Source of the DNA: Euryarchaeota archaeon UBA463
Lineage (GTDB): Archaea; Thermoplasmatota; Poseidoniia; Poseidoniales; Thalassarchaeaceae
Reading direction: 5' to 3'
Assembly: GCA_002501805.1 (NCBI GenBank)
Contig: DAOI01000003.1
Location: 31,261-95,260, forward strand
Length of the DNA: 64,000 bases
In this document: positions 38,350-48,412 of the stretch, one piece after another
How the letters are laid out: every line of letters starts with the position of its first letter
Numbering within the stretch: the first letter of the stretch is position 1
The notes under the pieces: generated by a model
The model's database searches: none
Told to the model about the DNA's origin: nothing
What the model saw: only the letters and a program-made list of their open reading frames with translations
Translations under genes and position numbers: made by a program

Positions 38350-39873
38350 TCAAATTGAGTAAAGTAGCCTCACCTTATTAGCAAGATACTCAACAAATGC
38401 CTCTGGCGAGGGAGGCGACCCTGTAGCTTCTTCGATGAGCTCAGCAGGCTTTAGAATACTCCCTCGCTTATGCACTTTCTTCCTCATCCAATCAAGTAGC
38501 GGGGAGAAGTCACCGCCCCTAATTTGGGCGTCATGCTCTGGCAAGTCTTCTCTAGCCGCAGATAATAGTTGAGCAGAATACAGATTTCCAAGGGTATATG
38601 TCGGGAAATATCCAATCGCCCCCATCGACCAATGAATATCTTGTAGTACTCCAGACGAGCTATCTGTGGGCCTTATTCCAAGATATTCCTCATACATATC
38701 GTCCCACTTGTCAGGTAGGTCATCAACTTCCAAATCGCCCGAGATTAGTAGCTTCTCAATCTCATACCTAATCATAATGTGGATATTGTAGGTGGCCTCA
38801 TCTGCCTCAACACGAATCAGACTGGGCTCTACCAAATTAACCGCTCTCCAGAGGTCCTCTGCTTCTACACCTTGCATATTTTCTGGAAACTGCTCTTTCC
38901 AGAGTGGCAGCGACCACTGACAAAACTCTAGTGAACGACCGATTTGATTCTCCCAGAGCCTGCTCTGACTCTCATGAATTCCCAATCCATTGGCCTTCCC
39001 AGCGGGTTGAAAGTCAAGATCTCTCGGCCTTCCTTGCTCGTATGTACCATGGCCAGTCTCATGCATAGAGCCGTATAGTGAACCAAACGGATCGGTCTCG
39101 CTATATCTCGTGGTCCATCTAACATCATCCGGATTTGGACCTCCACAGAAAGGATGTGTCGAGGCATCCCTTCTACCTGCCTCGAAATCGAAACCAATCG
39201 ACTCAGAAACCTTCTGACTAAGTCTTTCCTGACCCGGCTGCTCCCATGAATTTTCAGTTACCCATGAAATATCGGGTCTCTCTCCCCTTTCTGCAACAGA
39301 TCTGATTAATGGGGCTACTTTGTTTCTCAGGCCTTCGAAAAGGGGGTCGAGACGAGACACCGTGAGTCCAGATTCATAGATATCAAGGAGAGCATCATAT
39401 CGAAGATCTTCATATCCCAAGTAGTCTGCCTTCTTCCTCGCGAAATCAATTGATTTAGCCAGATCATCTCTGAATATAGAGAAGTCATTATTCTTCCTAG
39501 CTTCAGTCCAAGATATGAGTGATTTCGAATTATGCTTAGCTAATTCAGAGACGAATTCAGTAGGTAGCCTTGTGGCCTTGTCATAGGCCTCCCTGGCCAA
39601 TCTAACGTTGGCACTCTCAATATCTCCCAGATCTACTCTTTCTTCCAGTTCATCCAATAACTCTCCAACCCTAGGAGAAGTCTTTCTTTTGTGCGACTCC
39701 CTAGAAATCCATGCTATTTGTTCCCCTCTCAATTCAGCGGCTTTCGGAGGCATCAAGACCTCTTGATCCCAGCCTAGAAGACTTCTTACTTGGTCCATCA
39801 TATCGATATCTTTGAGTATTCCAAGAAGCTCATTGTAAGCGTCCATACCATTTGAGAGAGGTGTCCCACTCAT
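38350..39873 (-). CDS. M32-family carboxypeptidase (Taq-type)
   Basis: HETGHGTYEQG (HExxH), HESQSRLWEN and IRVEADEATYNIHIMIRYE are M32 signatures. Confidence 0.85.
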   Translation of the reverse strand: MSGTPLSNGMDAYNELLGILKDIDMMDQVRSLLGWDQEVLMPPKAAELRGEQIAWISRESHKRKTSPRVGELLDELEERVDLGDIESANVRLAREAYDKATRLPTEFVSELAKHNSKSLISWTEARKNNDFSIFRDDLAKSIDFARKKADYLGYEDLRYDALLDIYESGLTVSRLDPLFEGLRNKVAPLIRSVAERGERPDISWVTENSWEQPGQERLSQKVSESIGFDFEAGRRDASTHPFCGGPNPDDVRWTTRYSETDPFGSLYGSMHETGHGTYEQGRPRDLDFQPAGKANGLGIHESQSRLWENQIGRSLEFCQWSLPLWKEQFPENMQGVEAEDLWRAVNLVEPSLIRVEADEATYNIHIMIRYEIEKLLISGDLEVDDLPDKWDDMYEEYLGIRPTDSSSGVLQDIHWSMGAIGYFPTYTLGNLYSAQLLSAAREDLPEHDAQIRGGDFSPLLDWMRKKVHKRGSILKPAELIEEATGSPPSPEAFVEYLANKVRLLYSI

Positions 39874-40063
39874 AATCTAGGCAGTTGACTATCGAACCCT
39901 TAAACAGAAAATATTTCTTACAATTATTGACTAATTGATACCTTACAACTCTACTCAGTAGATTCTGGAGGCATTCATTGGATTGGTTTAATAACTCCCA
40001 TCTTGTAGTAGTATTTGGCAAGACGGGGTAAGAAAAGTTTAGCCTAACCTAAGGGATGATATT

Positions 40064-40471
40064 GTGACAGAGCTAATCAAAAAGATGAATGAAGCCCTAG
40101 CTTGGGAACTAAGAGCGATAAATATGTATGCACATTACGCCGCAAATATAACTGGCATCAATCGGCTTCAACTTTCACCAATGTTCAATACTGAAATGAC
40201 TGAGTCAATAGAGCATGCCGATATTGTTCGTAAGGGAATTGTTCAATTGGGGGGAATTCCAGTTACAGAACGTGACCCTCGCCCAATTATACACACAACA
40301 GATTACATTGAAATGTTGAATTACTCTCTTGAGACTGAGATTAGAGCGTCAGAAGTTTATTCGGAACTCCTCCCCTTGATTGAACAAACTGACGATTTAT
40401 ACGATTCGATGGAGCAGATATATCTCGCCGAGCTAAAAAGCGTCGAGGAGATACGACTCTTGGTTCGATGA
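40064..40471 (+). CDS. Ferritin-like four-helix-bundle protein (Dps/bacterioferritin-like)
   Basis: 135 aa with a helical pattern and acidic/His residues (WELRAINMYAHY, ESIEHADIV, LETEIRASEVY) consistent with a ferritin-like di-iron site. GTG start. Confidence 0.4.
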   Translation: MTELIKKMNEALAWELRAINMYAHYAANITGINRLQLSPMFNTEMTESIEHADIVRKGIVQLGGIPVTERDPRPIIHTTDYIEMLNYSLETEIRASEVYSELLPLIEQTDDLYDSMEQIYLAELKSVEEIRLLVR

Positions 40472-40493
40472 TCCGGCCCAATGAACCGAATCT

Positions 40494-42338
40494 ATGATGA
40501 GTTCTCATACCCTCCAGAGGGACGTGCTCCCGCGAGTCGTGACCGTATTCTTGGTCCTAATATTGGTTAGCCCAACTCTATCCGGGTGCTTGGAATCAGA
40601 TTCAGGAATAGATAATTCTGTCGAGACTACACATTGGTTACCACCTGTCGAGGAACGATCAGGGAAGGAATACAGAATTGATGACGTATTCAGTAGGGTC
40701 TCAAAAAATGGTACATATGACACAGGAGAGGTCCAGTCAATCTTCGTGCCCGTACCCTCGATTACGGCTTCAGACGGAGGGGCAGGACTCACGGGCGGGG
40801 CCGAAGTTCATCTCGGATTGTGGCTTCCAGAAAAGGAAGGATGCGATTTGACAATATCTGAAGTTCTTGAAGAATGCAAGGTCCCGGTCATTGCCGAGAT
40901 AGGCCCGTACTATGATGATGGAGACGTTGATGCTCTCACTCCCGCAGATAGACTCGGAAGGTTCCTAATTGAGAATTATGTTCAACACGGGTACGGCGTA
41001 GCCCAGGTTTCAGTTTTTGGAACAGGGCAATCAAATCACTGCATGGACCTGATGGGTCATGATGAGCAAGCTGGCATCAAGGCGGCAGTAGACTGGTTAG
41101 GGACTCAATCATGGTCCAATGGAAAGGTAGGTGCAATAGGTAAATCATACGATGGAAGCACTCCTTGGAATGCGGCCGCATCAGGATCCGATTATCTAGC
41201 TACCATTGTTCCAATGTCTGGATTGATAGGTGTGCATGATTTGATGTGGAGAAATGGCAGTATGGAAGCAAGAGGGGCGATAATGCACAATGGGGTATAC
41301 GGCTCATTCGGCTTGGACGGGGATAATGGGGACATCGAGAACGCCTGTGAGGGATATGTCGAGGGATACTACGCAGGACCAGCCGCATACATGACGGGAG
41401 ACAATCTAGCATGGACCGGATCTGATTATTGGGAGGAAAGGCATTTCCTGACTAATGCTCTAGAAATTTATAATGGTTCGATATATATCATACACGGCCT
41501 ACAAGACTGGAATGTCGATCCCCATATGGCATTCCCTGCTCACCAAATGTCCATAGATGCAGGTTTCGATGTCAAGGGACTTTATGGTCAATGGGCACAT
41601 GATTATCCAGACCGAGAAAGCGGGCACTCCTCACTGTCATCAGGAAGAGGCGCTGAGGCCTTTCCATACACCCTGAGGTGGGACTGGGCCGACGATATGT
41701 TGGAGTGGTTCGATTTCTATTTGCTAGACAAGGGGCCAAAACCAAGACTAGTTGCAGAGGTGCAGGACAATATGGGTGCTTGGAGAGTTGAGCAGACCTA
41801 TCCTCCTCTTGAAGCGAATCCAATCGTTATAGGGATGAATGAATGTTCAATAGTTGGCGGTAGTGATACGATAACTACTACCTCTAGTCTGATGATTGAA
41901 TGCCCCGAATTTGAATCTCTGACTAGAATAGTTGGAACTCCCACCTTTCATGTCGAGGCTACTATTTCCCCGTTCTCCACCAGTGGGCATCTCTTCGTAG
42001 AGATGGTACAATCAAGCTCTGACATGCATCTAGGACACGCTGTAATGGATTTACGGTTTCATGAAGGAGGGAACCAAGGAAGCCCTCTAGTCCCCGGACA
42101 GACAGTTCTGGCAAAGATGGAGTTCTTTGGAATGGATGTAGTAGTACCTGAGGGAGATGGAATTCGTCTGATAATCAGTCAAACTGGCGAGGATTATGTC
42201 CCAAGTCCAGTCTCAACATTTCCCGTTTCTCTCTCATTGGGGAGCGAGAGTACTCTTTCTCTGCCATCTCTTGACAGGGGATGCTCAGATCTATTTCTCC
42301 CTCCTATGCAACAGCCATATCTGGGTTGTCTGGAATAA
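40494..42338 (+). CDS. Secreted/lipoprotein-like CocE/NonD-family (S15 X-Pro dipeptidyl-peptidase-like) hydrolase
   Basis: N-terminal signal with LSGC lipobox-like cysteine, the nucleophile motif GAIGKSYDGSTPW (GxSYxG), and a C-terminal beta-sandwich region. Confidence 0.65.
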   Translation: MMSSHTLQRDVLPRVVTVFLVLILVSPTLSGCLESDSGIDNSVETTHWLPPVEERSGKEYRIDDVFSRVSKNGTYDTGEVQSIFVPVPSITASDGGAGLTGGAEVHLGLWLPEKEGCDLTISEVLEECKVPVIAEIGPYYDDGDVDALTPADRLGRFLIENYVQHGYGVAQVSVFGTGQSNHCMDLMGHDEQAGIKAAVDWLGTQSWSNGKVGAIGKSYDGSTPWNAAASGSDYLATIVPMSGLIGVHDLMWRNGSMEARGAIMHNGVYGSFGLDGDNGDIENACEGYVEGYYAGPAAYMTGDNLAWTGSDYWEERHFLTNALEIYNGSIYIIHGLQDWNVDPHMAFPAHQMSIDAGFDVKGLYGQWAHDYPDRESGHSSLSSGRGAEAFPYTLRWDWADDMLEWFDFYLLDKGPKPRLVAEVQDNMGAWRVEQTYPPLEANPIVIGMNECSIVGGSDTITTTSSLMIECPEFESLTRIVGTPTFHVEATISPFSTSGHLFVEMVQSSSDMHLGHAVMDLRFHEGGNQGSPLVPGQTVLAKMEFFGMDVVVPEGDGIRLIISQTGEDYVPSPVSTFPVSLSLGSESTLSLPSLDRGCSDLFLPPMQQPYLGCLE

Positions 42339-42383
42339 ATCGAATTCCAAACCCTTGATGCGGGAGGGAGCTCTCGGAACACC

Positions 42384-43928
42384 ATGTCAGACGGCATCCC
42401 TCGTGTCAGTATTCCTGTCATTGACAGGATAATCCTCCACTTGTGGGAACAGGACCATCAAGCGGATCATTATATTGTAACAAGTGAAGTAACAAGAACA
42501 GGAATTTCTGAGGTATGCGCAATGCATCCTCCAAATGTTTCCCGTGCAATGAGGGAGCTCATGTCCAATGGCCTTGTCTCTGAGCATTCTAGAAGTGTCA
42601 GAGGCGAAGATCGTCGCCAGAAGACATGGCAATTAACCGAAGATGGAAGATTGGAAGCTAGGCAGAGGATTGCTAATCTAAGAACTACCACCGTTTTATT
42701 GAGGGGAAAGAAAGGTAAGCTATTGGAAATAAGGGCAGACGAGGCCGCAAAAAAACTCGAAACAAATCTCTCGCTACTACAGGTATTGATGCACGCCCAA
42801 CATGAGGGAGTCCTCAATTTCGGAGATATTAGATTTGGTGCTATTGTGTCGATGCCAGAGAGAAAAAAACCCACTCCAAACCTACTTTCTGGTGCCTATT
42901 CAACCTATCGAAACCTTCCACCTGTGACTAGAGAGATACATGGAAGACTGATGGAGAAAGACATACTCGACTCCTGGCTCTCGTCCAGAATCCCATTGTT
43001 AGCCATATCTGGAATCGCTGGCTGTGGAAAAACAACACTTACCTCACACTGGCTAAACCATACCATCTCAGTAGCTCCTGGGTATGAAGTAATGTACTAT
43101 CCTTGTCAGCCATGGGACACGCCTCTAGGGATTGCAACCAGCCTACTCCACAAGATAGGTGTCGGAGTAGATGATGGGAAGCACGATCCTTACAATATTC
43201 TAGAAGCTCTCCCACTAAGGCCCGGTGTAGAAATTGATATCGATTCCTATAGGAGAAGGCTGACGGCTCATTTACTGGACGAATCCGGTTTAGATACTAA
43301 GAAAGAAACCGAACTTCTGGTTGTTCTAGACGATGTTCACAATATAGGGCCGGATGGGAACTACCTCTTTGGCGCTCTCTTACAGGTAGCCGAGATCGCT
43401 CCATTAAGACTAATATTGATCTCAAGAAATAGACTGTCATTCTATGACACTAGAGATGTTCATACAAGAGAGAGAGTTAGAGAACTACACCTGGCTGGTC
43501 TTTCTATTGAGGAAGTTAATACTTGGATAGCTTCAATGAACCTTCCCAATGAAACAGAGGTCGAAAAAATCCATAGTATCACAGGTGGACACCCATTGGC
43601 AGTAGAGCTATTGGAACTTTATGGAAAGACCGTACACGAGGATTGGACTCGTTTTCTTGATCAGGAGATTCTAGATGTTCTCCCTCCGGATAGCAGGGAG
43701 ATTCTCTCTATTCTATCTGTTTCTGATAGACCGGTTCCATGGGAAATTATAGCTAAGGCCGCAGAACATGATGGCCCCCCTCCACTCGAGCTCATAGAAA
43801 GGGGCCTTATGCTGGAACTAGAAGATGGAATGTGGTTACATGAAGCTATCAGGGCTAGACTACTTAGGGACGTAGGAAACCCTCTAGAGGATAGATCTAT
43901 CAAACTCAGAAAAGCTTTCGAATCTTAG
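42384..43928 (+). CDS. wHTH (MarR-like) plus NB-ARC-type STAND NTPase
   Basis: N-terminal GISEVCAMHPPNVSRAMRELMSNGLV (winged helix). Walker A ISGIAGCGKTTLTSHW, Walker B LLVVLDDVHNIG (compare hhhhDDVW in NB-ARC), and ITGGHPLAVELL (GLPL-like motif). No TPR/WD sensor repeats follow. Confidence 0.6.
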   Translation: MSDGIPRVSIPVIDRIILHLWEQDHQADHYIVTSEVTRTGISEVCAMHPPNVSRAMRELMSNGLVSEHSRSVRGEDRRQKTWQLTEDGRLEARQRIANLRTTTVLLRGKKGKLLEIRADEAAKKLETNLSLLQVLMHAQHEGVLNFGDIRFGAIVSMPERKKPTPNLLSGAYSTYRNLPPVTREIHGRLMEKDILDSWLSSRIPLLAISGIAGCGKTTLTSHWLNHTISVAPGYEVMYYPCQPWDTPLGIATSLLHKIGVGVDDGKHDPYNILEALPLRPGVEIDIDSYRRRLTAHLLDESGLDTKKETELLVVLDDVHNIGPDGNYLFGALLQVAEIAPLRLILISRNRLSFYDTRDVHTRERVRELHLAGLSIEEVNTWIASMNLPNETEVEKIHSITGGHPLAVELLELYGKTVHEDWTRFLDQEILDVLPPDSREILSILSVSDRPVPWEIIAKAAEHDGPPPLELIERGLMLELEDGMWLHEAIRARLLRDVGNPLEDRSIKLRKAFES

Positions 43929-44281
43929 GACATATGTCGATTCAGCCAAGAGTCCATACCTGGCTTTGGCATAGCACCAGTCATTCTATCAACGACCTCT
44001 CCATCCTTGAATAGTATCAGTGCCGGAATCCCTCTGACTCCGAATCTTCCTGGACTTAGTGGATTAACATCGGTATTCACCTTGGCTATTGTAATCTCTC
44101 TCTCGGTCGCTATCTGACTCAATACTGGAGCAATCATTTTGCATGGACCGCACCAAGGAGCCCAGAAGTCAACTAGAACCCAACCCCCGCTTTTTGTAAC
44201 TACATCAAAGTCCGAATCACTAGCATCAATCACTTGTCCCATGGGTCCACCCAAACACCTGAGAGAGGGGCACCGTATCAA
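43925..44281 (-). CDS. trxA: Thioredoxin
   Basis: WAPWCGPCKMIAPVL active site. The true start is probably the internal ATG (MGQVIDAS..). Confidence 0.85.
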   Translation of the reverse strand: MIRCPSLRCLGGPMGQVIDASDSDFDVVTKSGGWVLVDFWAPWCGPCKMIAPVLSQIATEREITIAKVNTDVNPLSPGRFGVRGIPALILFKDGEVVDRMTGAMPKPGMDSWLNRHMS

Positions 44282-44348
44282 CCTGTGTCTTACTAATGAT
44301 ATCCAAGGGATTGAGAACCCCCCCCTCCTCGCCTAGTTCAGAGCGTAC

Positions 44349-45032
44349 ATGGATGTTACTCCCAGCATACTGACTGCGGACTTCTGTAAACTGGGTGAAA
44401 CCCTAGATGAGGCCATTGAAGCAGGGATAAATTGGATTCACATGGATGTTATGGATGGAAACTGGGTTATCAATAAGACAATAACATTCGGACCAGCAAT
44501 TATCCGTTCAGTTAGAGAAAGGTTAGGAGATGAAGTCTTCATAGATTGCCATCTTATGATTAACAATGCTGAAGAAACATGGGCCCAATATGTGGATGCA
44601 GGGGCGGACATGGTTATTGCTCATATTGAAGCGGTTCAAGACTTTCCAAACCTTATCAGAGAAATCCAGTCAACAGGAACACAAATAGGATGCGTCCTAA
44701 ATCCAGATACAGAAATCGACGAAGTTATTCCTCTATTACCAGATTTAGATCTAGTGTTAGTGATGTCTGTTGTCCCAGGCAAGGGTGGGCAGTCGTTCAT
44801 GCCTGAGGTTGAGCATAAGGTCAGAGCTTTCAGAGAGGCAATAGATAGCCAAGAGATTTCAGGGGGCAAAACTCCAATCCTAATGATTGATGGAGGCATT
44901 AAGCATCATAATGCGTCTATGGTTTCCGATTGGGGAATAGACATCGCGGTTGTAGGTAGCGGACTGATTAATGATGAAGGTACAATTTCTCAAAATCTTC
45001 TCAGAATTAACAAGGCAATAGAGAGTGAGTAA
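44349..45032 (+). CDS. rpe: Ribulose-phosphate 3-epimerase
   Basis: PSILTADF, HMDVMDG, IDCHLMI, MSVVPGKGGQSF, IDGGI. Confidence 0.85.
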   Translation: MDVTPSILTADFCKLGETLDEAIEAGINWIHMDVMDGNWVINKTITFGPAIIRSVRERLGDEVFIDCHLMINNAEETWAQYVDAGADMVIAHIEAVQDFPNLIREIQSTGTQIGCVLNPDTEIDEVIPLLPDLDLVLVMSVVPGKGGQSFMPEVEHKVRAFREAIDSQEISGGKTPILMIDGGIKHHNASMVSDWGIDIAVVGSGLINDEGTISQNLLRINKAIESE

Positions 45033-45068
45033 TCAACGCATTGAAATCATACCCCTCTATCCAGTAGC

Positions 45069-45392
45069 ATGGTTTCCGAGGAATGGGTCTCATCGGAAGT
45101 ACTGAAAGTCTACCCAACTGCTTCAGTAGAAGCTACCGATTTACATGGTTCGGGAGACCATTTTCATGTTAGAATAATATCCAAGGATTTCGAGGGTGTG
45201 AGGCCACTCCAAAGGCAGATGCCAGTTTTGAAGCATTTTAAGAAGTATATAGAGGATAATTCAGTACACGCTCTTGATTTGAAGTGCATGACTCCCGAAC
45301 AATCCTCAGCAATGGGAAATACAACGTTTGATCCCCATTCTGGAAAGCAAGAGTTCTTTGGTATCCACGTAAGGCGGCCTAACAAGAAGTGA
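45069..45392 (+). CDS. bolA: BolA-family protein
   Basis: GSGDHFHVRIISKDFEGV...RQMPVLKHF...VHALDLKCMTPEQ matches the BolA signature. It lies immediately upstream of a CGFS glutaredoxin. Confidence 0.7.
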   Translation: MVSEEWVSSEVLKVYPTASVEATDLHGSGDHFHVRIISKDFEGVRPLQRQMPVLKHFKKYIEDNSVHALDLKCMTPEQSSAMGNTTFDPHSGKQEFFGIHVRRPNKK

Positions 45393-45396
45393 TATT

Positions 45397-45738
45397 ATGA
45401 GTGGATTTAATTGGACACCGAGCGAATTGCAAGAGATAGTCGATGGCAACGATTTAGTGATTTTTATGAAAGGAACTCCTGAACAGCCACAATGCGGCTT
45501 CTCCAGTCGTGGAGCCCAGATTGTTAGTGCCTTCGCCAGGGAAGTAGGACTCGAACAATTCGCTTGCGTGAACGTTCTGTCTGATTCCAGGGCTAGAACC
45601 GCTCTCAAAGAATGGTCCGATTTCCCTACAATTCCACAAGTCTTCGTTCATGGTGAGCTGATTGGCGGTAGTGACATAGTCCTCGAGATGTTCCAAGACG
45701 GTAGCCTTCTAGAGATGTACGAAGCCGGCCGAGCGTGA
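45397..45738 (+). CDS. grxD: Monothiol (CGFS) glutaredoxin Grx4/GrxD
   Basis: VIFMKGTPEQPQCGFSSRG, FPTIPQVFVHGELIGGSDI. Confidence 0.85.
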   Translation: MSGFNWTPSELQEIVDGNDLVIFMKGTPEQPQCGFSSRGAQIVSAFAREVGLEQFACVNVLSDSRARTALKEWSDFPTIPQVFVHGELIGGSDIVLEMFQDGSLLEMYEAGRA

Positions 45739-46664
45739 GCGTCGGCACTCCGTTGACCGAAGATCGCCGTACGATGCTCATTGCATTAGCAGGCGCAGGG
45801 GCTATTTCTTTCGCCCCACTTCTGTACAAATTATCTGAAACTAACCCCGCGACGGGCGCATTCTTCCGAATGGCTTATGCCGTTCCATTACTATTCTTGA
45901 TTGTGTTTTTATCCAAAAAACAGGAGACTCGTGATACCCGATCGAGGAGACTCACTTTCTTGGCCGGTTTAATAATAGCGTTTGATTTCCTGGCATATCA
46001 TAGCGCTATAGATTACGTGGGAACGGGAATCGCCACCCTAGTAGGGAACTCCCAGGTCATCATTGTTACACTAGTAAGCTGGAAGCTCCTAGGGGAACGA
46101 CCAAATCGATCTATTCTTCTTTCTTTACCTGTTGTTGTAGTTGGTCTCGCACTCATCTCAGGAATATGGGATGGAGAGCCCTATGGAGAGGATCCGACGA
46201 GAGGGGTAATAGCTGCAGTGTTCGCGGCGTTTTTCTACTCATCATTTCTGATTGTCTACAGGTATTCTAACAAACAGATGGCTCCGGCCGCTAATGCCCA
46301 GCTGGATGCCACTCTAGGTGCAACCATCGGACTTCTATTCCTAGGATTGATTCCACTGGAATCGATAGGCGTCCAACAAATAAACTTCGAGATAACATGG
46401 CCAAGCCATGCATGGCTCCTATTACTGGCCTTTTCCTGCCAAGTTGCAGGATGGATAGCAATCACATATGCACTTCCGAGACTTCCTGGAGCGCACACTT
46501 CTTTCGCAGTACTTATTCAACCAGTTTTAACTATAATTTGGGGTATTTTCCTTCTTGACGAAACCCCCTCCACACAGCAGTCGGCAGGAATGGTTCTAAT
46601 CTTCATCGCTATTATCGCGGTCACAATGTTTGGGGATGCTAAGGCAAAGCCTGAATCTGTTTAG
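45735..46664 (+). CDS. DMT-superfamily (EamA-like) transporter
   Basis: 309 aa with ~10 TM helices in two repeated halves. GTG start overlapping the grx stop. Confidence 0.6.
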   Translation: MSVGTPLTEDRRTMLIALAGAGAISFAPLLYKLSETNPATGAFFRMAYAVPLLFLIVFLSKKQETRDTRSRRLTFLAGLIIAFDFLAYHSAIDYVGTGIATLVGNSQVIIVTLVSWKLLGERPNRSILLSLPVVVVGLALISGIWDGEPYGEDPTRGVIAAVFAAFFYSSFLIVYRYSNKQMAPAANAQLDATLGATIGLLFLGLIPLESIGVQQINFEITWPSHAWLLLLAFSCQVAGWIAITYALPRLPGAHTSFAVLIQPVLTIIWGIFLLDETPSTQQSAGMVLIFIAIIAVTMFGDAKAKPESV

Positions 46665-46812
46665 GTGTACAGGGCGAGAGATAATTGCGAAGGGATGGGA
46701 TGCACTCAGCGAGAACCAATCGGCCCCGTACATGTGACACTGAGGGTAGGGGATAGATAATCGTTGTCAGTAATAGTTGCAAAAAGTACCGATTCAGGCA
46801 TTTTTCATCAGA

Positions 46813-47826
46813 TTAAGATACAGAAAGAACCTCAGGGCCACCTTCAGTGACGTAAACAGTGTGTTCAAACTGACCAACATTGCCTCTATCCTGATCACGT
46901 AATGCAGAATAGACTTCCAAGAATCTAATCGAGGTCAACTTCTTCACCAACTGCCCCCATTTTCTTTTGAGAGACTCCTCGTCCTCTTCAGGGAAAGGTT
47001 TCTCCAAGAGAGGGAAAGCCCATCTTTCTGCAAACGGAAGGGTGCTATATCTCTCTTCAATGTAGTGTGCCAGCCTCGCACCTAGAGGCTTAAGCTTCTT
47101 CTTCGCCAGTGCCTTTCTAATATTGACATTCCCGGTTACTCTGAGTATATTCGACGAATTGTGTGGATTTACATTCTCTACTAAACCACTCTTCCCAGTA
47201 GTATTGAACGGCTCAACCGCGTATACTCCGCCTTTCTCTACTGAGCCTTTGAAACTTGGATTATTGGCCCCACAAGCATACATAGGAATCGAAACTCCAT
47301 CATGCAGACTCCATCTCTCCATTTTATGCCCGCATAAATTAGAAATTGGCAAGAATCCAGCATCCTTAGCCACCTGTTCTGCAGCAGCTCCCACGACATG
47401 CCAAGAAGTACCCGGATGCATCTTCTCTATGGCGGCGTCTCGAGCATCTTTAGCAGCTTTGATTTGGTCAGTATGATTTCCTCCATTTCCAACTTCCAGC
47501 GTCATCGCATTGTCTCCGAGAGCTCCTTTGATGTGAACTCCGATATCCAGCTTGACCAAATCCCCCTTCTCAAACACCATCTCTCTTTCCCATCCCTCTG
47601 GAGGGCTCAGTTGAGTATTGGTAGTATAATGAGCGGCCATATCATTAACAGAGATAGTTACGGGGAATGCGGCTTGACCTCCGTGTCTACGAATAAACCT
47701 CTCAGCAGAGTCAATAACATCATTCCAGCCCTTCCCTGCAACAATCTCTCCTTTGATTCCCTCCAAGGTTCTTCGAGCGACGTGACCAGCATCTTTCCAC
47801 TGCTTCAAATCTGACTCTTCAACCAA
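46813..47826 (-). CDS. map: Methionine aminopeptidase, type 2 (archaeal)
   Basis: Pita-bread fold motifs: DLVKLDIGVHIKGALGDNAMT, CGHKMERWSLHDGVSIP, and an N-terminal helix with AGHVARR. Confidence 0.75.
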   Translation of the reverse strand: MVEESDLKQWKDAGHVARRTLEGIKGEIVAGKGWNDVIDSAERFIRRHGGQAAFPVTISVNDMAAHYTTNTQLSPPEGWEREMVFEKGDLVKLDIGVHIKGALGDNAMTLEVGNGGNHTDQIKAAKDARDAAIEKMHPGTSWHVVGAAAEQVAKDAGFLPISNLCGHKMERWSLHDGVSIPMYACGANNPSFKGSVEKGGVYAVEPFNTTGKSGLVENVNPHNSSNILRVTGNVNIRKALAKKKLKPLGARLAHYIEERYSTLPFAERWAFPLLEKPFPEEDEESLKRKWGQLVKKLTSIRFLEVYSALRDQDRGNVGQFEHTVYVTEGGPEVLSVS

Positions 47827-48407
47827 TCAAAAACCTCCGTTTTTTTCACTAAACCTTCTCTCAGCACCTTGGTTCCTGTAGTATCGGGTGAGTGAGTGGA
47901 GGATTGCCACGATATCAAGGTACTGGGTACTCCACCCCCGCAGAGTCCGCTAACGAATGGTATATGTGACCCATCAGTCGAAAGAGAACGTGCAGCCATG
48001 GCTGGGTCATCCTCGGGCGGACTCCCAGAAATATTTGCACTCGTAGCTGTGATTGGACCCACTTCCTCGACCAGCCTTACTGCGGTATCATGGGATACCA
48101 CTCTTAATGCCACTCTCTCTCCTCCAAGCCTCTCATCTAGTGCGGACCTAGAGTCAAGAATCACAGTAATTGAACCAGTCGGAAAATGATCTAACATTGA
48201 CACAACGCTGTCTGGAACATGTGCGATCCTCTTTGCCTGCTCAAGATTTGCTACTGCGAGACTCACTGGCTGACTGTCCCCTCTATTTTTCAATGAATAT
48301 AGTAAATCTAGTGCCTCACTAGTTGGCAAGCATCCCAAAGCAGGCTGTGTGGATGTCGGATAAACAACACACATCCCTCTTCTCAAACTAGATACTGCAT
48401 CCTTCAT
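47805..48407 (-). CDS. tsaC: L-threonylcarbamoyladenylate synthase (TsaC/YrdC-domain)
   Basis: VVYPTSTQPALGC, SITVILD, TSANISGSPP; a YrdC-only protein of 200 aa. Confidence 0.7.
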   Translation of the reverse strand: MKDAVSSLRRGMCVVYPTSTQPALGCLPTSEALDLLYSLKNRGDSQPVSLAVANLEQAKRIAHVPDSVVSMLDHFPTGSITVILDSRSALDERLGGERVALRVVSHDTAVRLVEEVGPITATSANISGSPPEDDPAMAARSLSTDGSHIPFVSGLCGGGVPSTLISWQSSTHSPDTTGTKVLREGLVKKTEVFDWLKSQI

Positions 48408-48412
48408 GGCAT

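Noticed and set aside
46665-46812. 148-bp convergent spacer between the EamA transporter and map genes as a possible small RNA
   Set aside because: No strong hairpins or repeats, and the composition is similar to flanking DNA. Nothing to support a call.
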